Shown in pieces: positions 21,110-30,310 of a stretch of DNA of 64,000 nucleotides. The notes below the pieces were generated by a model, which saw only the letters and a list, made by a program, of their open reading frames with translations, ran no database searches and was not told where the DNA came from. The stretch is from an uncultured Chloroflexia bacterium. GTDB lineage: Bacteria > Chloroflexota > Limnocylindria > Limnocylindrales > CSP1-4. Every line of letters begins with the position of its first letter. Within the stretch, counting starts at the first letter, position 1. The DNA lies in the NCBI GenBank assembly GCA_963720755.1, contig CAVRGP010000013.1, positions 96,001-160,000 on the forward strand, given 5' to 3'. A program made the position numbers and the translations under genes.

Positions 21110-22606
21110 ATGGACGCGCCAAGCAAACCCAAACGGCCAGTCCGCCGTGGTGCCCCCAATGCGACCGTCGCCGCCGTCTACGACGCCGCATGGGGCCAGG
21201 AAGCTCCATCGGGAGACGTGTGGACGGCCCGGCCCTGGGTCCATCCGGCCGACCGTGCCGAGGCCGGAAAGTCCGCTCGGAAACGCGTCCCGCGAACGAG
21301 CCACGCCGCCTTCGAGCCGGCAGCCGATCGAGATCCGATCACCATCCTCGCGGCACAGGAGGCGGACCGCCTTGCCGATCTCGTCCCACTGCGTCACGAC
21401 CGGATGGCCGCTTCGGCCTTCGCCTACTACCGCGGGACGCCGGCGGTGATGGCGTTCGACCTCGCCTCGACGCCCAGATCGGACATCGTCGTCCAGGCCA
21501 GCGGTGACGCCCACATCAGCAACTTCGGCCTGTTCGCCTCCCCGGAGCGGGCGCTCGTGTTCGACGCCAACGACTTCGATGAGACCCTCCCGGGGCCGTG
21601 GGAGTGGGACGTCAAGCGTCTCGCCGCAAGTACCACGATCGCCGCCCAGGCCAATGGGTTCAGCCCATCGGCGACCCGCGAGGCGACGATGGCGGGCGTC
21701 CGCAGCTACCGCCAGTGGATGGCCCGCTATGCGGGCATGCGCCTGATCGATGTGCTCTACGCGCAGATCACCGACGGCGATATCCGCGAGGCGGCGGACG
21801 CCGCGGGCTTGCTGAGCGGTCGGACGGCGGCCGGCCGTCGCCAGCGCCTCGACGCCATCTTCAGCAAGGCCCGCCAGCGCGACGGGATGCGGGCGTTCGA
21901 GTCGTTGACCGGGGTCGTCGATGGTCGCCGGGTGCTGCTCGACGACCCGCCCGTGGTCACCCATATGGATATGTCCGCGATGGGCGGCCAGGCGGGCCTC
22001 GAGAAAGTCTTCACCGACTACCGCTCGACGATGCCCGAGAACCGCCGGAACTTCCTCGAGCGATATCGGTTCGTCGACGTGGCTCTCAAGGTGGTCGGCG
22101 TCGGGAGTGTCGGGACGCGCTGCTTCATCCTCGTCCTCGAGGGTCGCGACGAGAACGACCCGCTCATCCTCCAGGCCAAGGAGGCGAGCACGTCGGTCAT
22201 GGACCCGTACGTCGAATCGACGACCCACAAGAACGAGGGGCAGCGGGTGGTCGTCGGCCAGCAGATCATGCAGGCGACGTCCGACGTGTTCCTTGGCTGG
22301 ACGCGTGGTCCGGGCGGCCGGGACTTCTACATCCGACAGTTGTGGGACATGAAGGGCTCGGTCGACATCACCAAGCTCCAGCCGGTCGGTCTCGGCTTCT
22401 ACGCCGGCATCTGCGGTTGGGCGCTCGCGCGCGCCCATGCCCGGTCCGGTGATGCGGTCGCGATCGCGGCGTATCTCGGCACGGGCGATACGTTCGACGG
22501 CGCCATCGCCGACTTCTCGGAGACGTACGCGGACGTGAATGAGCAGGACCACAAGACCTACGTCCAAGCGATCGAAGCCGGACGGGTGTCGACGCTCGAG
22601 GTCTGA
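21110..22606 (+). CDS. DUF2252 family protein (kinase-like fold suspected)
   Basis: GKSARKRVPR, FAYYRG, GDAHISNFG, FDANDFDE, KVVGVGSVGTR, LARAHARSGD. Confidence 0.88.
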   Translation: MDAPSKPKRPVRRGAPNATVAAVYDAAWGQEAPSGDVWTARPWVHPADRAEAGKSARKRVPRTSHAAFEPAADRDPITILAAQEADRLADLVPLRHDRMAASAFAYYRGTPAVMAFDLASTPRSDIVVQASGDAHISNFGLFASPERALVFDANDFDETLPGPWEWDVKRLAASTTIAAQANGFSPSATREATMAGVRSYRQWMARYAGMRLIDVLYAQITDGDIREAADAAGLLSGRTAAGRRQRLDAIFSKARQRDGMRAFESLTGVVDGRRVLLDDPPVVTHMDMSAMGGQAGLEKVFTDYRSTMPENRRNFLERYRFVDVALKVVGVGSVGTRCFILVLEGRDENDPLILQAKEASTSVMDPYVESTTHKNEGQRVVVGQQIMQATSDVFLGWTRGPGGRDFYIRQLWDMKGSVDITKLQPVGLGFYAGICGWALARAHARSGDAVAIAAYLGTGDTFDGAIADFSETYADVNEQDHKTYVQAIEAGRVSTLEV

Positions 22607-22716
22607 CGCTTCGAGGTGCGTAGCCCCGAGACCCTCCTCCCAGCCTGATTCCGGTTTTCGCGACCTCGCGATCCGATAGTGGTCATCGATCGCGTCGGCG
22701 GCTCCAGGGCCGGGGA

Positions 22717-23859
22717 TCAGCCCATGGCAGTCGCCGGGTAGAACCGTCGTCTGGCCCACAGGGAGACCGAGACCAGGCCGACGAGCACGGGGACCTCGAT
22801 GAGCGGCCCGACGACGCCCGCGAGCGCCTCTCCTGAGGTGACCCCGAACACGCCGATCGCGACGGCGATCGCCAGTTCGAAGTTGTTGCTCGCGGCCGTG
22901 AACGACATGCTCGCGTTCTTCTCGTACGTCAACCGGAGTCGGAGCCCGAGCGCGAATGAGCCGAACCACATGATCAGGAAGTACGCCAGCAGTGGGACCG
23001 CGATCATCGCGACGTCGAGCGGCTGGGTCGTGATGACCTCGCCCTGCAGGGCGAACAGGATCACCACCGTGAACAGCAGTCCGTACAGCGCCCACGGCCC
23101 GATCCGCGGGATGAAGCGGGTCTCGTACCACTCTCGGCCATGCGTCCGCTCACCCCACTGACGGGTCAGGTAGCCGGCGACGAGGGGGATGCCGAGGAAG
23201 ACGAGGACGATCTTGGCGATGTCCCACATGGACACGTCGAGGGTCACGGTCTGCAGCCCGAGCCAGGTCGGCAGCAGCTCGAGATAGAGATAGCCCAGCA
23301 CCGAATACGCCACGATCTGGAAGACACTGTTGATGGCGACGAGGACGGCAGCCGCCTCCCGGTCACCGCACGCCAGGTCGTTCCAGATCAGGACCATGGC
23401 GATGCATCGCGCCAGGCCGATGATGATCAGCCCGGTCCGAAACTCGGGCTGGTTCGGCAGGAAGATCCAGGCGAGCGCGAACATGAGGGCCGGGCCGACG
23501 ACCCAGTTCAGGAACAGCGAGTTCGCCATCAGCCTGCGGTCGCCCGCGATCCGGCCGACCTCTGCATAGCGGACCTTCGCCAGGACCGGATACATCATGA
23601 TCAGCAGACCGAGCGCGATCGGAAGCGAGATCGACCCGATCCGAACCGCGTCCAGCCAGTCGTTGAGGTCTGGCACCAGCCGCCCGAGCGCCAACCCAAA
23701 AGCCATGGCGCAAAGGATCCAGAGCGGCAGGAATCGATCGACCGCCGAGAGGCGGGCGACGGCCGGCACTGGATCGTGGGTAGGTGGCTCGAGGACAGCC
23801 GGCCGGCTCACGCTTCCACGGATCCGCCCGGGATGCGATCGCCCGTCGTCGGCTGACAT
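22717..23859 (-). CDS. acr3: ACR3-family arsenite efflux transporter
   Basis: DRFLPLWI, MMYPVLAKV, GLARCIAMV, SNNFELAIAV, GPLIEVPVL; exact start uncertain. Confidence 0.92.
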   Translation of the reverse strand: MSADDGRSHPGRIRGSVSRPAVLEPPTHDPVPAVARLSAVDRFLPLWILCAMAFGLALGRLVPDLNDWLDAVRIGSISLPIALGLLIMMYPVLAKVRYAEVGRIAGDRRLMANSLFLNWVVGPALMFALAWIFLPNQPEFRTGLIIIGLARCIAMVLIWNDLACGDREAAAVLVAINSVFQIVAYSVLGYLYLELLPTWLGLQTVTLDVSMWDIAKIVLVFLGIPLVAGYLTRQWGERTHGREWYETRFIPRIGPWALYGLLFTVVILFALQGEVITTQPLDVAMIAVPLLAYFLIMWFGSFALGLRLRLTYEKNASMSFTAASNNFELAIAVAIGVFGVTSGEALAGVVGPLIEVPVLVGLVSVSLWARRRFYPATAMG

Positions 23860-24042
23860 TCACCCGGATCGGGTCGCATGCCCCGACCGTACACCTGCAA
23901 GCCGCTTGAAGGTCAAGTCGCCGAGCGTCCGCGTATCCAGGTCCTTCGGGCTGGTGGCGAGGAGGTCGTGCCAGACCCGCCTGATCGGTCTTGCGCCCAC
24001 CAGGTAACGATGCGCGAACGATGTGGGTGCAGACTGTCCCGG

Positions 24043-24333
24043 ATGGATCGACCTGTGGCAGCGATCGCCCGCGGTGGGATGACCTCGGTGGGCCTTGTTG
24101 AGCGCGCGACGCTCATCACCCTGTTCGCCGTTGCGACCATCGCCTGTCTGGTCTTCGTCCGTCTGGACGCCACGGTGTTGTTCGTCGCCTACGGCGGTGC
24201 CGGAGCGTACCTCGTGGTACGCCGGCCCACAAACAGCATCGGCTGGTTGCTGATGGTCGTCGCGGCTGGGCTCGCGCTGGGGGGCGTCCGTGTGACCGCG
24301 AGAGAAGATCGGGGGCATCGTCGCGTCGGGTGA
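24043..24333 (+). pseudogene. Truncated membrane protein (sensor-like N-terminus)
   Basis: Three hydrophobic segments ending RRPTNSIGWLL; loses coding character at ~24300. Confidence 0.5.
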
Positions 24334-24562
24334 GGATGATCTCGGCTGTCCGGCGGGCGCGCACCATCGGTGACGCAACCGCCCGGTCCCAGCTGATCCC
24401 GGCCAGGGCGACCGCGAGTTCGGCTGCCTGCGCCTCCCCGTCGGCGTTCATCGGCTGATCGGTCCGCGACAGGAGTCGATCGGTCGCATTCCAGTCGGTC
24501 TCGCCATGGCGGACGAGATACATGCGCGGTCGGCTCGGCGGGGCTTCGAGGTCGGAGGTCAT
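24300..24562 (-). pseudogene. Truncated histidine phosphatase (phosphoglycerate mutase family)
   Basis: YLVRHGETDWN...SPMVRARRTA; C-terminal half with second catalytic His absent. Confidence 0.75.
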
Positions 24563-24750
24563 CGGGCTACCTGACCATCTCGATCTCGCGCACCACGCCC
24601 AGGGGCGGCGGCTTGGGGGCGTCTCGCTTGCTTCCCAGAGAAGGTCCGGGGGCTTCCATAGGACGAAAGTCACCCAGCCAGCGGCTGAGCTCTGCCCGCG
24701 AATCGTGCGGTATGCTCGGTCCTGCGCCGCCTCGTCACGATGCGCGAGCG

Positions 24751-25443
24751 ATGAGGGCGCAGACGGTCCGGGATCGAGGACTTCCGGTGAGAGGCTCCAG
24801 GGTCGCAGCGCTGATCGTCGTGGCCACGCTCGCCACGTCGGCGTGCGGCGGGAACTCGACGCCGACTCGGGCGGCTGGCACATCAGGCGCCTCGGCGCCG
24901 GCCCTGGTCAGCCTCGTGCCCCAGGCGAGCGAACTGAACTCGGCCGACCTAGCCTCACCGACGGCAGTACCAACGCCCACACCGCTACCGACGGCAACGC
25001 CGACCTCGAACTCGACGCTGCCCGCGGTGCCGCCCCCGCCGACGCACGTGGAGCTCACCATGCTGCCCGGGCCGACGGACAGCACGGGCTTCCCGCTCAC
25101 GACCAAACGGATCGTGACCTGGCAGGAAGCCGTGACCGATGGGACCCAGATCCGGGTCTACTACCTCACGAAGTGCCTCAACCCCCCGACGCCAGAAGGG
25201 GTTCCCTGCATCGTCAAGCACATGGCGCTCCCGCCCGGCAGCCTGAAACTGATCGCGAAGGCCCCGGCCGCACAGGAAACGGTGTCGTGGACCTGGCCGA
25301 CGCCCGAGGACATCGGCGGCGCTTTCGACTGGGATGGCCAGAACTACTACTACGGCCTGGTGATCGCCGCGTACAACGCCGTCGGTCATTCGAGATTCAT
25401 CATCATCGGGTCCGGCGAGTCCTGCACAGACTGCACCTACTAG
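24751..25443 (+). CDS. Predicted lipoprotein with Pro/Thr linker and Cys-containing C-terminal domain
   Basis: Lipobox-like LATSAC; PTPTP linker; C-terminal CTDCTY; start uncertain. Confidence 0.7.
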   Translation: MRAQTVRDRGLPVRGSRVAALIVVATLATSACGGNSTPTRAAGTSGASAPALVSLVPQASELNSADLASPTAVPTPTPLPTATPTSNSTLPAVPPPPTHVELTMLPGPTDSTGFPLTTKRIVTWQEAVTDGTQIRVYYLTKCLNPPTPEGVPCIVKHMALPPGSLKLIAKAPAAQETVSWTWPTPEDIGGAFDWDGQNYYYGLVIAAYNAVGHSRFIIIGSGESCTDCTY

Positions 25444-25613
25444 CGCCCGGCACAGGGTCCCCGAGATGGCCGTCACCCACGAGCCAGGAGGCTCAGCGCG
25501 GTGTCGCCGATGTGAGACCTGCGGCCGGACGCGCGATCGTGTCGGGCTCGGTGCCCACGAGGGCCAGGCCTCCAAGAACGACTGGTAGACTTCGCGGAAC
25601 GCCGTTGCCTCGG

Positions 25614-25689
25614 GCGGGAGTAGCTCAGTTGGCAGAGCGGCAGCCTTCCAAGCTGCATGTCGCGAGTTCGAACCTCGTCTCCCGCTCCA
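25614..25689 (+). tRNA. tRNA-Gly (TCC)
   Basis: GCGGGAG acceptor stem, TAGCTCAGTTGG D-arm, GCAGC-CTTCCAA-GCTGC anticodon arm, GTTCGAA T-loop, encoded CCA; 76 nt. Confidence 0.97.
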
Positions 25690-25817
25690 CCGTTCCTCGC
25701 CTGCGTGGACGTCCGGTCGGGTCAGCGCCCGAGGGCGCGTAAGGCCGCCTCGTACTCGGCGGTCGTGATCTCGCCTCGACTCAATCGCTCCCGGGGGACC
25801 TCCTGGGGGTCCTGGCC

Positions 25818-26495
25818 CTACATGCGAGCGAGGATCTCCGCCTTCTTCGACTCGAACTCTGCGTCCGTGATCGCTCCCCGATCGTGCAGATCGGCTAGCC
25901 GGGCGAGCGTGTCGGCATCGGCCGAACTGGTCACGCCGGTGGGCGCAGGGCTCGCGCCGACCTGGGCCACGGCTGCCGCGGCTGGCGCCTCACCCCGTCG
26001 ATCGACCGCCTTCTGGGCCATGACCGCGTTCCGGAACCCGATCGGATCCGTGATCGTCAGAAATCGGTCTTTCCCCGCGTCGCCCGACTGCGTCAACAGC
26101 GTGAGATCGCCGTAGCCAAGGCGGCTGCCCAGGAACCCGACGCGCGAGGTCACGTCGCTCAGCGACGCGAGCAGGGTCGTCGAACTGCGTTTCGAGACGA
26201 CGCCTTCCTCGTGGAGCACCCGCATGGTCGTGACGACAAAGTGCGCCGACTGCCATTCGACCAGGTTGAGGACGATCCATCCGATCCCACCGACGACGAG
26301 AACGAGCGCGACCAGGTCGAGAAGCGATCCGAACACCCCCGCGATGCCGTCGCCGTTCGGCGAGATGCGGTAGATCAGCAGGGCGCCGATGACCATCAGG
26401 CCCGCCAAGAGCGACGCCAGGATCGGTGCCATCCAGTGCTTCTTCGACTCGTGGACGATCGTCTCGTCCGGGAGCAGGTTCTCGGTGATGGCCAC
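25818..26495 (-). CDS. Membrane protein with bacterial PH (bPH_2-like) and SHOCT domains
   Basis: LLPDETIV..KHW, two TM helices, FVVTTMRV...LGYGDL, LARLADLHDRGAITDAEFESKKAEIL. Confidence 0.85.
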   Translation of the reverse strand: MAITENLLPDETIVHESKKHWMAPILASLLAGLMVIGALLIYRISPNGDGIAGVFGSLLDLVALVLVVGGIGWIVLNLVEWQSAHFVVTTMRVLHEEGVVSKRSSTTLLASLSDVTSRVGFLGSRLGYGDLTLLTQSGDAGKDRFLTITDPIGFRNAVMAQKAVDRRGEAPAAAAVAQVGASPAPTGVTSSADADTLARLADLHDRGAITDAEFESKKAEILARM

Positions 26496-26623
26496 GGTAC
26501 CCTCCGTCCTCCCCTCCGGCCCTCGATCCTGGCCGTCGATGCGATGCGCAGCGTACCTTGACGGAGGACCGCGAGTGGGACCCGCCAGCTGCCTCTTGAA
26601 CGAACCTCGGGTATCGTCCGGCC

Positions 26624-28426
26624 ATGGATGAGCCGCACGGTCCGGTAGGGCCCGCTCCGGACGTGGGCCGGCTGGTCGACGGCCGGTACCGTCTGGCCGA
26701 GCGGATCGGCGTCGGTGGGATGGCGACCGTCCACCGCGCCTGGGATACCCGGTCCGACCGAGCGGTGGCGATCAAGCTGCTCCGGCGCGAGGTGCTCGAG
26801 GATGCGGAACTGGCGATGCGCTTCCGGCGCGAGGCGCTCGCCGCGACCGTCCTGCGCCATCCCAACATCGTCGCCTGCCTTGCGGCTGGGACGGACGTCG
26901 ACCAGCCCTACCTCGTCATGGAACTTGTGGAAGGCGAAGATCTCGCGGCACGGCTCCGCCGGATCGGCCGGCTGCCTCCTGCCGAGGCCGCTCGGATCGG
27001 ACTGGACGTGGCCCGGGCACTCGGTGTCGCCCACCTGCGCGGGATCATCCACCGCGATGTGAAGCCGGGCAACATCGTGCTCGCCCGCGATGGGCGAGCG
27101 ATGGTCACCGACTTCGGGATCGCCCGCCTCGCCGCGGATGCCGAGGGAACCATCCCCGGGACGACGCTCGGGTCCGTCCACTATTTCAGCCCCGAACAGG
27201 CAACCGGACAGGGCACCACACCAGCCTCCGACGTCTATGGTCTCGGCCTTGTCCTGTACGAGATGCTCGTCGGGCAGCGAGCGTGGACGGGCGAGACCAC
27301 GGCGCAGATCGCGGCGGTTCGCGTCGGGAGTCCGGCGCCGTCGCCACGATCGGTACGACCGGACATCAGCCCGGCGATGGACGCGATCGTGGTGCGTGCC
27401 CTCCAGCCGAACCCGGCTGCCCGTTATGCCAATGGCTCCGCCCTCGCGGCGGCGCTCGAACCACTCGTCAGCCAGCCTGATCCATCGAGCCCGACCACTC
27501 CGGTCAAGGCGCCGGTCATCGTTGGTGGCGCTGCAGGGCCGCCGCCCCCAGGGGTGGCCGGATCGCGGATCGTGGGTACCGGTGCCCATCGGGCATCCCC
27601 GGCCATCGCCGGACCCCTGGTCGTCCTCCTCATCGTCGTCTCGGTCGTCGGCGCGGCCATGCTGATCGCCGCCCTTCCCGGGCCCGGGGGTGGCGGCGCG
27701 GTCGCCATCGGGACCGCCAAGCCCACCGCGACCAGCGCCGCGATCGCGGGCCCGACGACCAAGCCAGCGGCAACGACCGGCACACTGGCCCCGGGGACGA
27801 CGACGGCCCCGACCTCGACACCGAGGATCAAGCCGACGCCCAAGCCGACGCCCGCGCCCACCCCGAAGCCGGCTCTCGCTCCCGCGAACGATGTGTGCGA
27901 TCCATTCTTCGGGTTCGCCTGCGGTCTCGATCCGGGTGTCTACCAGCCGACTGCCTTCCGGCCCGCGATCCGGTTCACCGTGGCCGATGGCTGGTCCGTG
28001 GCAAGCATCGATCCGAGCCTGATGGCCCTGCAGCACGACACGGGCGTGCTGACCGTCACCAGCGGCGTGGATCGGGTCTACCCGCACGGGGATGCGCAGC
28101 CGGCGCCGACGACAGCCCGCGGATTGGTCGAAGCGTTCATCGGCACGGACGGGGTCGCCGCCGATCCGCCGATCGATGGACACCTCGGCAAGCGACCGAC
28201 CGTGACGGTCGATCTCACCCCGATCGGCCGGCAACGGGTCGCGATCTTCGCGACCGGCAACCAAACCTTCTATCTGCAGCCGCACGCCACCACCCGGGTC
28301 ATCGCGGTGGATGGCCGCGACGGTCTGGTCGTGATCGCGATCGAGCCATCCCGGGATTCCACCCTCGAGTCGGCCCTGGCAGCCGCGGATCCCGTCGTCA
28401 AGGGCCTGCGCTTCCCGATCCGATGA
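26624..28426 (+). CDS. Hanks-type membrane Ser/Thr protein kinase
   Basis: IGVGGMATV, VAIK, HRDVKPGN, DFG, GSVHYFSPEQ, SDVY; TM helix, Thr/Pro linker, external domain. Confidence 0.93.
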   Translation: MDEPHGPVGPAPDVGRLVDGRYRLAERIGVGGMATVHRAWDTRSDRAVAIKLLRREVLEDAELAMRFRREALAATVLRHPNIVACLAAGTDVDQPYLVMELVEGEDLAARLRRIGRLPPAEAARIGLDVARALGVAHLRGIIHRDVKPGNIVLARDGRAMVTDFGIARLAADAEGTIPGTTLGSVHYFSPEQATGQGTTPASDVYGLGLVLYEMLVGQRAWTGETTAQIAAVRVGSPAPSPRSVRPDISPAMDAIVVRALQPNPAARYANGSALAAALEPLVSQPDPSSPTTPVKAPVIVGGAAGPPPPGVAGSRIVGTGAHRASPAIAGPLVVLLIVVSVVGAAMLIAALPGPGGGGAVAIGTAKPTATSAAIAGPTTKPAATTGTLAPGTTTAPTSTPRIKPTPKPTPAPTPKPALAPANDVCDPFFGFACGLDPGVYQPTAFRPAIRFTVADGWSVASIDPSLMALQHDTGVLTVTSGVDRVYPHGDAQPAPTTARGLVEAFIGTDGVAADPPIDGHLGKRPTVTVDLTPIGRQRVAIFATGNQTFYLQPHATTRVIAVDGRDGLVVIAIEPSRDSTLESALAAADPVVKGLRFPIR

Positions 28427-28478
28427 CGGACAGGAACGTGGCCCGCCGGTCCTTCGGGCCGGGTACCCTTCGACGGGC

Positions 28479-29408
28479 ATGAGTCTCATCGCCCTCCGTG
28501 ACCTGACCCTCCGCTACCCGGGCGGGGTGACTGCCCTTGACGGACTGACCCTGGAGCTCCAGCCCGGGATCATCGGCCTGGTCGGAGCCAACGGTGCGGG
28601 CAAGAGCACGCTGATCAAGATCCTGCTCGGCCTGTTGCCGCCGACATCCGGCGAGGCCGCGGTCATGGATCTCGATGTCCGCGGGCAGGGGACGGTCATC
28701 CGCCAGTTCGTCGGGTACCTCCCCGAATACGACTGCCTGCCTCCCGACAGCTCCGCCACCGACTTCGTGACCCACATGGCGCGGATGTCCGGGTTGCCCA
28801 GCGGGGCCGCTCGCGAACGGACGGCCGAAGTCCTCCGTCATGTCGGCCTGTACGAGGAACGCTACCGCGCGATGGGCGGCTACTCGACCGGGATGAAGCA
28901 GCGGGTCAAGCTGGCCCAGGCGCTCGTCCACGACCCGCGGCTGCTGCTCCTCGACGAACCGACCAACGGCCTCGATCCAGCCGGCCGCGACGAGATGCTC
29001 GCGCTCGTTCGGCGGACCGGCGCGGAGTTCGGTATCGCCGTCATCGTCGCCAGCCATCTCCTTGGCGAGATCGAGCGGGTGTGCGACTTCCTCGTTGCCA
29101 TCGATGCTGGCCACTTGCTCCAGGCTGCTCCGCTCGGCACGTTCACGGAGCGGACCGGGGTCGTGGCGGTCGAAGTCGAGGAGGACGGCGCGCGCCTCGC
29201 CGACTCGCTCGTGGCCCGGGGCCTGCAGGCGGTGGCCGACGGGCGGACTGTCCTGCTGACGGTGACCGAGGATCGGCAATACGACATCATCCGCGACGTC
29301 GTCGCCGAGCTCGGGTTGTCGCTCGTCCGTCTCGAGCAGCGTCGTCAGAGCCTCGAGGACCTGTTCCGCGACGAGCCGGCACTGGCACCTGGACCGGTCG
29401 CCCGATGA
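28479..29408 (+). CDS. ABC transporter ATP-binding protein
   Basis: GANGAGKS, YSTGMKQR, LLLDEP. Confidence 0.93.
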   Translation: MSLIALRDLTLRYPGGVTALDGLTLELQPGIIGLVGANGAGKSTLIKILLGLLPPTSGEAAVMDLDVRGQGTVIRQFVGYLPEYDCLPPDSSATDFVTHMARMSGLPSGAARERTAEVLRHVGLYEERYRAMGGYSTGMKQRVKLAQALVHDPRLLLLDEPTNGLDPAGRDEMLALVRRTGAEFGIAVIVASHLLGEIERVCDFLVAIDAGHLLQAAPLGTFTERTGVVAVEVEEDGARLADSLVARGLQAVADGRTVLLTVTEDRQYDIIRDVVAELGLSLVRLEQRRQSLEDLFRDEPALAPGPVAR

Positions 29409-30310
29409 CCGGGAACGCCGCCGGCGGCAGCATCTACGACCTGGGTTACCAGTCGTACGACGGCCCGCGCCTCGGTCGCCGTAGCGCCGTCGTTGCCCTG
29501 TTCGCCCAAACCATCCGTGCGTGTTTCGGGATCGGTCGCGGCGGCAAGGCGAAGATCGCGCCGTTCGTGCTGGCCGGGCTGGCCGTTCTGCCGGCGATCG
29601 TGGCGGTCGGCCTGGCCACGATCCTGACCCAGGCAGGGCCGGCCGGTGGAGCGATCGGATCGCCCATCGCCTACTCCAACTATCACGGCCTCGTCGGGAT
29701 CCTGATCATGCTCTTCTGCGCGGCCCAGGCCCCCGAGCTGTTCGGGCGAGACCAGCGCTACGGCACGCTGCCGCTCTACTTCTCCCGCGTGCTGACCCGG
29801 ACCGACTACGCCGTCGCCAAGGTCGGCGGCCTGGTGATGGCCCTGTTCCTGGTGGACGTGGCCCCATATCTGATCCTGTTCGTGGGTCGCGTCTTCGTGG
29901 CTCCGGATCCGGTCGCCGGACTCAACGAGGAACTCGGCGCGGTCCCGAAGTTCGTCCTCCAGGCGCTCCTGACCGCCGGTCTGCTGGGCGGACTGGCGTC
30001 GTTGGTCGCGGCCTGGACGCCGCGGCGCGCCTATGCGACCGCGACGATCATCGGGGTATTCGTCATCCCGCCGATCATCGTGGCTCTGGTCGGTGGACTG
30101 ACCAACCAGGACCTGGCCCGGGTGCTCGTCCTGTTCAGTCCCGGCGACGTCCTCGACGGCACGAATGCGGCGATCTTCGGGACGATCCCCGACAGCGCGG
30201 TGGTCGCCGCCCTCGGTCTGCCCGGCTGGGCCTACGTGGGTGCAGCCGCGGTCGGGATCGCCGGCTCGATCGGCTTGACGATCCGACGCTATCTGAAGAT
30301 CGCAGCATGA
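29405..30310 (+). CDS. ABC-2 type permease
   Basis: SIYDLGYQSYDGPR, RDQRYGTLPLYFSR, multiple TM; ATGA overlap. Confidence 0.85.
   Translation: MTGNAAGGSIYDLGYQSYDGPRLGRRSAVVALFAQTIRACFGIGRGGKAKIAPFVLAGLAVLPAIVAVGLATILTQAGPAGGAIGSPIAYSNYHGLVGILIMLFCAAQAPELFGRDQRYGTLPLYFSRVLTRTDYAVAKVGGLVMALFLVDVAPYLILFVGRVFVAPDPVAGLNEELGAVPKFVLQALLTAGLLGGLASLVAAWTPRRAYATATIIGVFVIPPIIVALVGGLTNQDLARVLVLFSPGDVLDGTNAAIFGTIPDSAVVAALGLPGWAYVGAAAVGIAGSIGLTIRRYLKIAA

Noticed and set aside
20876-23131. 751-aa minus-strand ORF (also 26396-28489 and similar long ORFs)
   Set aside because: Shadows of DUF2252, the kinase and other well-supported genes
25614-25720. tRNA-anchored genomic island or prophage
   Set aside because: No integrase, and no duplicated tRNA 3' end was noticed by eye
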